Source: the human T2T-CHM13v2.0 reference genome, Homo sapiens. From it: DNA of 64,000 nucleotides. Made by a program: the position numbers and the translations under genes. Of this stretch, positions 1-15,650 are shown one piece after another (position 1 is the first letter of the stretch; each line of letters opens with the position of its first letter). The stretch lies in NCBI RefSeq assembly GCF_009914755.1, contig NC_060926.1. One strand, written 5' to 3'. The notes below the pieces were generated by a model. It made no database searches. It saw nothing but the letters and a program-made list of their open reading frames with translations, and was not told the origin of the DNA.

Positions 1-104
1 CAAAGGTTGGAGTCTTGGGGGAAACACCTGCTCTCTTATATCAGTTTTAAAAAGAAATGACACTTTTCTGTATGTATATAGGTTGTGTAAAAAAAATAAT
101 CCTT

Positions 105-440
105 GGCTGGGTGCGGTGGCTCACACCTGTAATCCCAGCACTTTGTGGGGCCGAGGTGGGCAGATCACCTGAGGTCAGAAGTTCGAGACCAGCCTGACCA
201 ACATGGTGAAATCCTGTCTCTACTAAAAAAAAAAAAAAAGAAAAAAAAAAAGAAAAAAAAAAAATTAGCAGGGCATGGTGGTGCATAACTGTAATCCCAG
301 CTACTTGGGAGGTTGTGGCAGGAGAATCAATCACTTGAACCCAGGAGATGGAGGTTGCAGTGAGCCGAGATCACGCCATTGCACTCCAGCCTGGGCAACA
401 AGAGCAAAACTGCGTCAAAACAAACAAAACAAAAAAACCA
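105..440 (+). mobile_element. Alu (AluS-type) with expanded middle A-tract
   Basis: GGCTGGGTGCGGTGGCTCAC...CACTCCAGCCTGGGCAAC dimer with (CAAAA)n tail. Confidence 0.95.
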
Positions 441-999
441 CAACCTCTCGCAGCATTCAGGATAACTAAATATTTAATTTTTCAATCTGTGTTCCATTTC
501 ACTGGCAAAATAAAATTTGCTATGTTATATAAATATGTGTGAGATTATGTGCTCGTGCCATAGTTCCATAAAAATAAGGCAAGTCTGGTTATGCCTTTCG
601 TCAGGTGATTTTTCTTTCATCGAGTCTGTTTTATTCCTGTTTGTCACTGCCTTGGCCTCTGGAGGCATTTGGGGTTTATGCATTTCTGCATTTAAGGAAA
701 TCAAATACCTCGTCAGGAACTCCTTGACATTGTGAAGGGAATAAGAAGGGAGGAGAGCAAAGAAAATTCACACACAAAACTCACCCAACAAAATGATTTG
801 TTAGTAATTTCAAAGAAAATGGACATGAATCCAGTAAAAAAAAAATGCATAGAAGTAGGCTTGTAAAGAATGGGTCTGCCACATTCTATGGCAGTTTGTA
901 GGACAGAAAAACACCATATAGTTCCTCATAAAAGAAAGCCTGAGCTACATTAGGGGGGCTTCTTTATCTTTCCTTTCTCTTATTTTCCATCCTTGCTTC

Positions 1000-1800
1000 C
1001 GTCAATAAATGTGTGCTGGGTTCAGTGCTAGACACTGGGATTTCACAAGGAATGAGACAGGAGTGATGGCACCTCACAGTATTTAGTCACTAGGGAAGGA
1101 GAAACAGAGAAAAGCCAGTAAAGACATACATAAAGTAAAATAATTTCAAAGTGCACTAAGTCCTCCCTAAAAGGGAAACAGGATGTTGAAATGAAACATA
1201 ACGGGAGCTTGGGAGGGCGGTCAGGGGAGGAGTCTGCTTTGGATATAGCAGGCAAAGAAAGTCTTGCTGAGGAACTGATACAGGAGCTGAGACTTGAACG
1301 TAGGTAATCAACTTGTCCCAGTTTGATCAGGACTTTCTTGGTTTTAAAATGAAAAGTCCTGCATCCCCGGAGTCCCTTTAGTCCCAGGCAAACCAGGATG
1401 GTTGGTCACCCTACTTGAAAGATGAGAAAGAACCAACATTACACAGAGTAGGGGAGCAAGTACCCCAGAAAGAGGGACTCATATGTACGAAGGTTTAGGG
1501 GTGAGAGATAGCTTGGCATGGCCAAGGAACCAAAGGATTGGTGTAAGGGAGGAGGCTAAAGGAACGTGCTGAGGTGGAAGAGACAGGTGGGGACCATGCC
1601 ACATGTGGAGGCTCCAGTAAATATCTCTGGTTTTATTTGAGACACATTGAGAAACCATTGACAGTTTTCATGTAGGGAGTGACATGATCACATTGGATGC
1701 TATTTGGAGAATAGATAGAAGGAATCAAGATTAGAAGCAATGTTGGGATGATATGGTAGTAGTCCAGGTGAGAAGTGAAATTGATGAGGTAGAATGCACA
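1000..1800 (+). mobile_element. Degraded L2-like LINE interrupted by a small hAT-Blackjack-like element (MER94/MER81-like, ~1300-1413)
   Basis: L2-type motifs (GAGCTGAGACTTGAA, GGGAGTGACATGATC, GTCCAGGTGAGA); internal GTCCCAGG...GGTTGGTCACCCT terminal motif; boundaries approximate. Confidence 0.55.
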
Positions 1801-2893
1801 GAACTTGCGTGGATGTCTCATGGGTTTCTGGTTCAAGCAGTGGAATTCACAGTTTAAAGCAATGGAGAAAATTGGAGGAAGAAGAGGTAATTTCTTCCCA
1901 ATCTCCACCCCTTCTATAGATGAGTTATACATCGGAGACCACAGGTTTTTAGAAGATGTAATTCTTTACAAAGAGACATTCATTCTAGTATTTCAAATTG
2001 CTGCCTGCATAAGTAGGAAGCTTCGGGCCCTGGGAAGGGGTTGTCATTCCTCAGTCTCTGACACAGCCCAGTTACTTATTTTTGGAGAAAAACACTGAAT
2101 ATGATGAATGATTTTCTAAGCAGTCAGAAAGATAAATGCAGAGATGGCTAGAAGGAAAAAGTATCCAATGTTCCATGTGTGTACATTCACCACAGCTGTG
2201 TTAATTCTAGATCATAAACTCTGCCCAGCGCTATAGCTTGAGAGTTAAAAAAAAAAAAAGAATAAAATATTTTTAAAGGTACTCTGGGCAAAAGAGAACA
2301 CATTTAAAAAGAAAAACGTGAACAAAAATTTAAGTTAAAAGAATAAAAAAGGAACTATAAGTAAAAAGATTGAGGCAAGAATTATTCAGAAATTAAAGTA
2401 ATAGATTTGGTTAAAAATAAAAAAGATCAAAAGAGCTATAACTAAAAAATTAAAGTAACAGATTAAGGTAGAAAGTTATGGTAAAATTTAGAAAAAGATT
2501 AAAAGGATAAAATATACAGTGTAAAGTCAAGAATAGACCACGTGAAAAGTAAAAATGCTAGACCCATAAGATTTAGAAAGGTAAAATCACGACAAACCTA
2601 AAATAAGCTGAAGGATAAACAGAGAGAACAAAAATAGAGAGGTGACAAAAGACTAAAGGAGGAATTACATACAATCAAAATGTTAAAACTTGCTAAAATT
2701 TAACTCTAAATCCCCAAGCATTTATGGAATAAAGGTCTGGAAAAATAAGCTCCCATTACTTAAGAAGAAACAAAGCTGACAAGCCACATGACTTACTAAG
2801 AGCAGCCTCTGAGCCTACACAACCCTCATGGGTTGGGGGCTCCAGTCGGGTTTCTTGAGGGCAGTGCAGGGGGGCCTGAATTGCCAGGGTATG

Positions 2894-3260
2894 TGTATTA
2901 GTCTGTTCTCATGCTGCTGATAAAGACATACCCTAGACTGGGTAATTTATACAGGAAAATGCATGTAATGGACTTATAGTTCCACATGGTTGGGGAGGCC
3001 TCACAGACCTGGTGGAAGGCAAGGAGGAGCAAGTCACATCTTATGTGGATGGCGGCAGATAAAAAGAGAGCTTGTGCAGGGCAACTCCCATTTTAAAAAC
3101 TATCAGCTCTCGTAAGGCCTGTTCACTATTATGAGAACAGCATGGGAAAGACCTGCCCCCATAATTCAATCATCTGTCACTGTGTCCCTCCGACAACATG
3201 TGGGAATTATGGGAGCTACAAGATGAGATTCAGGTGGGGATACAGAGCCAAACCAGATCA
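2894..3260. mobile_element. THE1-family MaLR solo LTR
   Basis: TGTATTAGTCTGTTCTCATGCTGCTGATAAAGACATACC ... GGGGATACAGAGCCAAACCAGATCA termini. Confidence 0.9.
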
Positions 3261-3578
3261 GCGCGTGACCTCTCATGTATCTGTTTAATGCCAACAGCAA
3301 GCCTGCTGGTCAACAGCAAGCAGAGCTCATATCTGCTATGTCAACAGCAATTCCAAGGAAGGGAATTCCTCCAAAGGTTGTTGGCAGGATAGCTTCTGTA
3401 TAGTAAGCACTCAACTATTATTGTTATCTATGGACATTAATCTTGAGTGTTGACTTTTGAATCAAAAATACATTGTACTTTGGGCAGGGTCAGGAAAGTA
3501 GAATCCAAAAGTAAGTCATATTGAGATAAAATTATACACCATACTTGGGTACATTTTACTTTCCATTTTGAGGTGTGG

Positions 3579-3582
<4 letters not shown>

Positions 3583-3635
<53 letters not shown>
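3583..3635. repeat. (TG)n microsatellite, ~26 units
   Basis: Read directly. Confidence 0.98.
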
Positions 3636-3638
<3 letters not shown>

Positions 3639-4495
3639 AAAGCACATAATCCAGGAGATGAATTTCAAAATTTCCATGTGATAGGTTTATTTTTAAATGA
3701 AATGAAATTTTGGATGTGAATTTTGGTTACTTTGCTCAACTCCCCTAGGCCTCTGGCTCATTCTTTCTGCCTATGCGAGTTTTCAGAGGGAAAGAATAAA
3801 AACATAATCTTAGAAATGTTCTCATCCCCAGGTGAACTCCTTTTACAGTCTTTTCACACAAGAGACTAGAATTTATTCACAATGTTAGTAAAAGGGTGAG
3901 AAATTTCTTTACACTTAACCCAACCTCAGAGCTCATATCTGCTATGTCAACAGAATATACTCACACCTACAGCTTGGTTTCACAGAGCTACAGAGTCAGT
4001 AGAAATGCCAGGCTGAAGTTTTGGAGAACAAATCCGTATGAAATAATATCCCTGTGGCAAAATACAGAATAATGACTTGGGCCTTTGTGGATAAAATACG
4101 CAAAAGCTGAATTTAAGTGTTCTTAATTGGATCTTTGAAGGTTCAGATAGAAACCTAGGGGGTGGCCTGTTGGCCAGGCCAGGTCTGAAGGGTGGAGTGG
4201 GAAGAGAAGTCTCTTCATTGGAGTATTATGTTCCCTGATATCTTATATTTCTAGCAGAAGAGGCTTTTTGTCATTTTGGGGCTATACTCTATGTTCTCTC
4301 TGGGGAAACACCCTACTCCATTTTCAGTCCAACCCTCCCACCTGGTTTGGGCAGGACTAGTTTCAGTTCTGTCATTTGCAACTAAAAGGGTACAGACAAA
4401 TTCTGACTTTTGAGGTTTTGCAATCAGCCAGCAGGGCTGCAATGGGGAACTAGCTGCTCCCACTCAAGCGCTTTGACTGGGCTTTAATAGAAGTA

Positions 4496-4514
4496 TTGCG
4501 CCCTCTGCTGGCAG
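4496..4514 (-). promoter_or_regulatory. Candidate CTCF site
   Basis: Minus strand reads GCCAGCAGAGGGCGCA, close to the CTCF core consensus; lies in non-repeat sequence. Confidence 0.7.
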
Positions 4515-6172
4515 AGGATTAGCATTGACCAGATCTCAAGGACGATGTGACAGAAAGCATTTTAGAGCCAGTCCTGGAGTCAAGGTCTTTCTCCTCCATA
4601 TGCAAGCTGTTTTGCTTTGCTTAAGTAATGTTACTTCTATAAGTCTGCATTTTTGTATCTTAAAAATATTAATGTCAGAAACTACCTTTCAAGACTCTTT
4701 GATGAGTACATAAATGGCCATGTGAAAAGTACTTAATCGTTGAAAGATACTATTATAAGACAGTTTTGGCGAAGAAAGTCAGACTGTTTATCAAGTTTTT
4801 TCATGGTTCTAAAATATGATATTCAATGTTATTGGTTCTCTGGAGCTGAGAAAACATACATACATTGTATCAACTGAAGAAACTATTGTTATAGAATGTA
4901 GAGTACTAATATTAGTAAAGTTCTTAGAAATTTTCAGGCGAGAAATGTATAACAAATCAGATATGCCAAAAAGTCCCTTTATAAAATTTAATATACATTT
5001 CCAGTAGAAGTATTAGATAAAATAGACATTAATGGGTTTTCCTTTAACATGATTTTATATATGTATGAGAGACAGAGACACAGGAGAGAGGGAGGGAGAG
5101 AGAGAGAAAGAGAAAGAGAATATTATAATGGAGTAATACTAGAATACTGGAAACATTCCCACTAAGGCAAGAAACAAGGTAAAAATGTCTGCCATCTCCA
5201 TTACTATTTAACATCATATTGGAGACATTAGTATACTAGTTAAAAAATTGGGGCATAAGACTTGGAAAAGTAGTTAAACTCTCTCCATTTGCAGTTGATA
5301 TGACAGTATATCTGGAAAACCCAATAGAATAAATGATGACTCTAAATGAACAAAAGACCTCAGTAAGTTAGCAGGCTACAAAATGAGTGTACAAAAATCA
5401 CACGTGTGTGTGAGTGTAAATGTGTGTGTATGTAAATGATAGCTAGTTAGAAGATAAAAGAAGAAAAAATTCAATTTGCAATAATGACAAAAATATAAAA
5501 TACTTGAAAGTAAACTTAAGAGGTAATGTGTAAAATCCATATGAGGAAAAGTTTAAAACATTCCTAAAAGACAAATGGAAATATTTCTTGGTCTTGGATA
5601 AGATAACTTGACATTATGATGAAATAAATTATCTCTAATTTAATACCACCCTAATAAAATTGCAATATGTAGTTTTCCTGGGACTACAGAAATTGATTCC
5701 AAAGTTCATGTGGATAAACAAACATATATGCTTAAATAGGAAAACCAGTAAAAAAGGTCAGTGAAGAGAGAGAACCCTATTAAATATCAATGCACAATAA
5801 ATATTTTGTATAATTAAAACAGTGTGGTATGAATGGATAGACAGATCTGGAACATAATGGAAAGTTCAGAAATAGAACCAACTAAAAAGAAAATTTTCAT
5901 ATAAATAAGGTGGCATCTCAAATTACAGACAGACTTATTAATAAATGGTGTTAGGACAACTGAACAGTCACTTGAAAACAGATAGCTTTGGATCCTTAAC
6001 ATACATTATACTCCAGGAAAAACTTATATAGAAAGAATGAGCCACATAAGTACTTGAAGAAAACATAAGTGAATTTGTTTGTAATCTTGTGGTGGGAAAA
6101 ATTTTAAACCATGTTCATCATCCAGATATAATAGCAGAAAAAAAGCAATAATTTTGACATCAATAAAAAGGA

Positions 6173-6495
<323 letters not shown>

Positions 6496-6984
6496 ATGTA
6501 AAGAATATTTGTTTAAAAAAAAAAGCATCACAAGCAAAGTCAAAAGACAAGTGACAAACTGGGAGTAATATAATTGCAACATATGTCATAGATAAAGAAC
6601 TAAACTCCTCAATTTACAAAACACTCAAAAATTGAGAAACACAAAGATTCATACACACCAAAACCCACCCATGCCCTTAAACATATAAACCTCATGTTTA
6701 TGGCAGAGAAATTTGAATTAAATTTACAATGAGGAAGTTCTCTCAACTTTAGTGTATATTTGGAAAAGCTCATAGTAAATTACTGAGAAAAAATTAATAT
6801 ATTTCTCATTTTCAGGTTGGCACACATTCAGAAGCTTGAAAACACATTTTTCTGTGATCAGCTGAGGGAAATTTCAATCTGAGCTGGGTATTAGATGATA
6901 TGATTATTGGATGAAAGTTAAATTTCTTGGGTGTGATTATGGTTATGCAGGTATGTGTGCATTTCCTTAAGAAATACATGCTAT

Positions 6985-7268
6985 GGCAGGGCGCGGTGGC
7001 TCATGCCTGTAATCACAGAATTTTGGGAGGCTGAGGTGGGCGGATTACGAAGTCAGGATATTGAGACCATCCTGGCCAATATGGTGAAACCCCATCTCTA
7101 CTAAAAATACAAAAATTAGCTGGGCGTGGTGGCATGTGCCTTAATCCCAGCTACTTGGGAGGCTGAGGCTGGAGAATCACTTTAACCATGGAGTCAGAGG
7201 ATCACGCCACTGCACTCCAGCCTGGTGACAGAGCGAGACTCCACCTCAAAAGAAAAAAAAAAAGAAAG
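6985..7268 (+). mobile_element. Alu (AluS-type) with target-site duplication (TSD) AAGAAATACATGCTAT
   Basis: Same 16-mer on both flanks. Confidence 0.93.
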
Positions 7269-7395
7269 AAATACATGCTATGATATTCTGGGGCAAAATG
7301 TCATGAAGTATGCAAACCTACTTTCAAATACATCAGCTCAACAAAAGTGTGTGTGTGGTTTTATATTTATCTCTCTTATTTCTTTTTTTTTTTTT

Positions 7396-7567
7396 ACTGT
7401 GTCAATAAAAGTTTATTCACAGACATTGAAATTTGAATTTCACGATTTTCATGTCATGAAATATATTTTTAATTTGTTTTCAACGATTTTTAAAATGTAA
7501 AAAACATTCGCAGGCCATATATCAGGCAGTGGGCAGGATTCAGCCCACATGCCAGTTTGCCAACCCT
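7396..7567 (-). mobile_element. MER58B-like hAT fragment truncated at the pseudogene poly(A) site
   Basis: GCCAGTTTGCCAACCCT terminus, TTGAAATTTGAATTTCA and TTTATT motifs typical of MER58B. Confidence 0.7.
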
Positions 7568-8394
7568 ATCTTAAGTGAAGATACCGACAAGACCAACCTT
7601 AACTTCTCCTAAAACCAAAATTTTCAAAGCAGACTATTAACAAGAGCATGCCCCGCTCCAGATTCCCCAGAATTGTGAAGGAGGTGAGGCTGCTGGTACA
7701 GGAGGACAATGGTCTGGCATGGCCCCTCTGTTCTGAAACCCCTGGTCCCCAGCACAGGGGAGTGGGCCTCAGCTTTGCAGACAGCACTGTTTCCAGATCA
7801 CTGTTAAAAGGAAAACTAAGGATTCTAAGTCCCCAGCGAAAACCCACACCAAAATCATCACCAGCGTGCACATCTGTTCCCTTGTTGAGATTTAATCACT
7901 GAAGAGCAGGTGGAAGCCGTCCTGAACGAATTACCCCATGTACCTAGAAGCCTCTTCCCAAATCAAGCAGTGATCACCTCACTCATAAACAGAGCACGCA
8001 CCCAAAGGTTTTGCTTGATGTATTTTGAGACTAGTTTCACGTGTTGCTGCTAAACGTTTCCAGGGAGTTGCAAAAGTTAATCCTTATGGATCGGTGATTG
8101 AAATACAGTGACATCCCTGCTGCTCTGCAGTGTGCGCAAAGGTCAAATCAAAATAACAAACACGCACGACGTCTTCGATCACCTTCCTGTAAAACCGGGT
8201 TTCTAGCCGGACCCATGTCCTCACAGTTCCTGAATCAAGTTCACCGTCTGTGCAAGCGCCACCTGACAGAGCTCCCTGCGACACTGAAACGCGTTTGGGC
8301 ACTTCCCACGTGGGAACCACTCGCCACGGGCACCTCCTGAGTACAAGGTGCAGTGCTGGGGCTGGGGCAGGCTGAAGCGTTCGTTCTAAGTTTC

Positions 8395-9734
<1,340 letters not shown>

Positions 9735-10091
9735 AAAAATATGGAACACTAAGTTTCAACAGCCTCGTATGGCGAGCAGCTACTGCGGGGCAGCGCATCA
9801 CCTGGACGGTGAGATGGTGGGAACAACAGGAAAGCGTCCACAGCGTCGGCGATAGATCCTCCTAGAGGAAGCGCGCCAGGCTCCAGAATAGCAGAAAACT
9901 GACAGCTGCCACCACTGCAGGTTCACACGCTGCCTTCAACGTGAAGGTAAAGTGCTTCCACTCCACCCGTCTGGCTTCCCTTCAACCAGAAAGGAGCACA
10001 GGCACCAGGCAAGAGCCTGTGCCCAGCAACACAGAATGTTCTAGAGCCCAGGAGACAGTCCCGTTCTCTGAGCTGAGCTGGTCGCACCTGA

Positions 10092-10406
<315 letters not shown>

Positions 10407-11789
10407 ACCTTTTCCTTTTTGAAGGGAGATGCCAGGATGCAGGGGGAACAAGTGAAAACTACTTTTCCTGTTTCGAGGGTGTGGGGCACCACCGACAGCC
10501 AAGATCAGCAACGCCAGGCTGACTCCCCCGGCCTTATCTTCTTGGCCTGCCCATTGGCCCAGGTGGGGGACTCAACTGCGCTGCTGCTTCTTCAGCTGCT
10601 GCTGCAGTCTCTCCTCTTTCTTCTTCAGGTAGAAGGTTATGTTGTCAAAGTTGGCCTTGTAGAGACTGCTAAAGCTGGGGTTCACGCAGGCAGAGCCTTC
10701 CAGCATGGCCCGGTTCCCACAAAGAACACTGGAGACTTTCTTTAACATGGCACTTTCAGGAACAGACTGCCACTGGCCACCCACAGGCCTGCAGAGCACC
10801 AGGGGAGGGGGGCTTCCAGGCAGTCCTGGAGCACCGACAGCCCCTGGGTTTCCTCAAAAGCTACATCCCACACTCGATGCTGGAATGACAGCTGCTGCCT
10901 GTACACCAGCTTCTGTCTACCGGCGTGAAACTGGAAGATGTATCCCACAGCAATGCAGGTGCTCAGAAGCACCACCCGGTTCTCCTGGCACCAGAACGCA
11001 ATCCTGGACGCGGCAAACCTCTGGGGGGACCTGGAGGTCCGCGGACTCTTGGAGACTGTGGAGGTGACAGAAGTGAAGTTGGCGGCCGCTTCTGTACTCC
11101 CAGAGCCTCAGGGTGCAGTCCCCGGAGGAGGATGGAAGCAGCTCAGGCTGAGTGGGCAACATGGAGATGTAGTTCACAAACTGTGTGCCCGAGGCAGGAG
11201 GACTCAATGCTGCGGGGCATGGCGGCCCTGCTGACCTGGATCTTCTCGTCCCGGTCCGCAGTGAGGACAAAGTGGTCATCAGGATGCACAGCCACGTCTA
11301 ATAGCATGGACAGAAAGGTGCTGCAGCTCCAGTCGGCCGCATCCGTGTGGCTCCAGCACCGAAGAGGAGACTCCTCCAGACTTGTCAGCCACCAAGACCT
11401 TCTCTTCGGAGGCTGTGAAGGTCAGGTCCGTACACCTCCTTGTCATGGTCCTGACACTCAGACATTGCCATGGTTTTGTACAGAAAAGAATCAGACACTT
11501 ACTGCCATCGGTTAAAGAAAACAGCTGCCAGACTTGGAGAAGGTGGACCGACAATTGCACCGCTCCCCTGAACCAAGGGCGGCTCGTCGTCCCCTTTATT
11601 TTCTTGTGACTTGTTTTCAAGCACTGCAGTCATAGATGAAGAGGCTGTCATCGTCACTGCTTGCAGTGGAGGTGGTCTGGAACCGGCTGCTCCCCTGCAC
11701 CACCAGCTTCTGCCCGCACAACGCCAGCCCCGCAGAGTCTGCCTTGTGCCTACCCGCCTCGCCGCCATGCATATTTCCCCACCCAGCAC

Positions 11790-14700
11790 ATTTTTAACTT
11801 ATTTCAATAGTTTTGGGGGAACAGGTGGGTTTTGGTTACATGGATAAGTTATTCAGTGGTAATTACTGAGATTTTGGAGCACCCAATCATCTGAGCAGTG
11901 TATGGTGAACCCAATGTGTAGCCTTTTATCCCTTGCCCACACTTTCCCATTCCCCTCGGGTCCCCAAAGTCCATTATATTATTCTTTGAGTCTTCATAGC
12001 TTAAGCTCTCCCTCATAAGATAGAACATACAATGTTTGGTTTTCCATTCTTGAGTTATTTCACCTAGAATAATGGTCTCCAACTCCATCCAGGATCCAGG
12101 ATGCTCCGAATGCCATTATTTTGTTCCTTTGTATGGCTGAGTAGTATTCCATGGTGTGGATATATATATATCATGTAATATATATATACCATGTAATATA
12201 TATACACCCTAGTATTTTATATATTATATAGAATATATATAAAATATATTATATTCTATATAATATATAGAATATATAAAATATATTCTATATATTATAT
12301 AGAATATATATTTTATAATATATATTATTTATATATTTTTATATATTTATATTATTTATATATTTATATATAATTTATATATATAATTTATATATAATTT
12401 ATATATAATTTATATATACTTTATATAATTTTTATATATAATTTATATATAATTTATATACTTTTTATATATAATTTATATAATTTTTATATATAATTTA
12501 TATAATTTATATATATAATTTATATATAATTTATATAATTTATATATATAATTTATATATAATTTATATAATTTATACATATAATTTATATATAATTTAT
12601 ATAATTTATATATATAATTTATATCATTTATATATATAATTTATATAATTTATATATATAATTTATATATATAATTTATATAATTTATATATATGATTTA
12701 TATAATTTATATATATAATTTATATAATTTATATATATGATTTATATAATTTATATATATAATTTATATATATAAATTATATGTATAATTTTTATATAAT
12801 TTATATATTTATAATTTATATATTTATATAATTTATATATTTATAATTTATATATTTATATAATTTATATATTTATAATTTATATATTTATATAATTTAT
12901 ATATTTATAATTTATATATTTATATAATTTATATATAATTATTCATATATTTATATAATTTACATATAATTATTTATATATTCATATATAATTTATATAT
13001 TTACATATAATTTATATATAATTATTTACATATTTATATATTTATATATAATTTATATATATTTATATATAATTTATAAATAAAATATATAATATATAAT
13101 ATATAATATTATAATAGATAAAATATATACTATATATTATATATATTTTACATTATATTTAATATTATATGTATAATTTTATATCATATATAATATATAT
13201 GATATATATAATTTTATATCATATATAATATATATGGTATATATAATTTTATATCATATATAATATATATTATATATATAATTTTATATCATATATAATA
13301 TATATTATATATAATTTTATATCTACATATTATATATTATATATACAATTTTATATCTATATATAATATATATTATATATACAATTTTATATCTATATAA
13401 TGTATATTATATATAATTTTATATTATATATAAAATGTATATTATATATAATTTTATAATACATATAAAATGTATATTATATATAATTTTATATTACATA
13501 TAAAATGTATATTATATATAATTTTATATTACATATAAAATGTACATTATATATAATTTTATATTACATATAAAATGTACATTATATATAATTTTATATT
13601 ACATATAAAATGTACATTATATATAATTTTATATTACATATAAAATGTACATTATATATAATTTTATATTACATATAAAATGTACATTATATATAATTTT
13701 ATATTATATATAAAATGTATATTATATATAATTTTATATTATATATAAAATGTATATTATATATAATTTTATATTATATATAAAATGTATATTATATATA
13801 ATTTTATATTATATATAAAATGTATATTATATATAATTTTATATTATATATAAAATGTATATTATATATAATTTTATATTATATATAAAATGTATATTAT
13901 ATATAATTTTATATTATATATAAAATGTATATTATATATAATTTTATATTATATATAAAATGTATATTATATATAATTTTATATTATATATAAAATGTAT
14001 ATTATATATAATTTTATATTATATATAAAATGTATATTATATATAATTTTATATTATATATAAAATGTATATTATATATAATTTTATATTATATATAAAA
14101 TGTATATTATATATAATTTTATATTATATATAAAATGTATATTATATATAATTTTATATTATATATAAAATGTATATTATATATAATTTTATATTATATA
14201 TAAAATGTATATTATATATAATTTTATATTATATATAATATGTATATTATATATAATTTTATATTATATATAATATGTATATTATATATAATTTTATATT
14301 ATATATAATATGTATATTATATATAATTTTATATTATATATAATATGTATATTATATATAATTTTATATTATATATAATATGTATATTATATATAATTTT
14401 ATATTATATATAATATGTATATTATATATAATTTTATATTATATATAATATGTATATTATATATAATTTTATATTATATATAATATGTATATTATATATA
14501 ATTTTATATTATATATAATATGTATATTATATATAATTTTATATTATATATAATATGTATATTATATATAATTTTATATTATATATAATATGTATATTAT
14601 ATATAATTTTATATTATATATAATATGTATATTATATATAATTTTATATTATATATAATATGTATATTATATATAATTTTATATTATATATAATATGTAT

Positions 14701-15619
14701 ATTATATATAATTTTATATTATATATAATATGTATATTATATATAATTTTATATTATATATAATATGTATATTATATATAATTTTATATTATATATAAAA
14801 TGTATATTATATATAATTTTATATTATATATAAATGTATATTATATATATTATATATAAAATGTATATTATATATATTATATATAAAATGTATATTATAT
14901 ATATTATATATAAAATGTATATTATATATATTATATATAAAATGTATATTATATATATTATATATAAAATGTATATTATATATATTATATATAAAATGTA
15001 TATTATATATATTATATATAAAATGTATATTATATATATTATATATAAAATGTATATTATATATATTATATATAAAATGTATATTATATATATTATATAT
15101 AAAATGTATATTATATATATTATATATAAAATGTATATTATATATATTATATATAAAATGTATATTATATATATTATATATAAAATGTATATTATATATA
15201 TTATATATAAAATGTATATTATATATATTATATATAAAATGTATATTATATATATTATATATAAAATGTATATTATATATATTATATATAAAATGTATAT
15301 TATATATATTATATATAAAATGTATATTATATATATTATATATAAAATGTATATTATATATATTATATATAAAATGTATATTATATATATTATATATAAA
15401 ATGTATATTATATATATTATATATAAAATGTATATTATATATATTATATATAAAATGTATATTATATATATTATATATAAAATGTATATTATATATATTA
15501 TATATAAAATGTATATTATATATATTATATATAAAATGTATATTATATATATTATATATAAAATGTATATTATATATATTATATATAAAATGTATATTAT
15601 ATATATTATATATAAAATG

Positions 15620-15650
<31 letters not shown>

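Noticed and set aside
10925-11515. 196-aa plus-strand ORF and neighbouring ORFs
   Set aside because: Antisense shadows of the GC-rich WDR4 pseudogene; non-ATG start
11499-11789. Minus-strand ORF using the ATG at 11768 as a revived WDR4 start
   Set aside because: Out of frame with the WDR4 N-terminus, in frame only briefly after a frameshift, then stops
13430-15616. CRISPR-like periodicity of 27-35 bp
   Set aside because: Head-to-tail units with no unique spacers, no cas genes, and mammalian DNA
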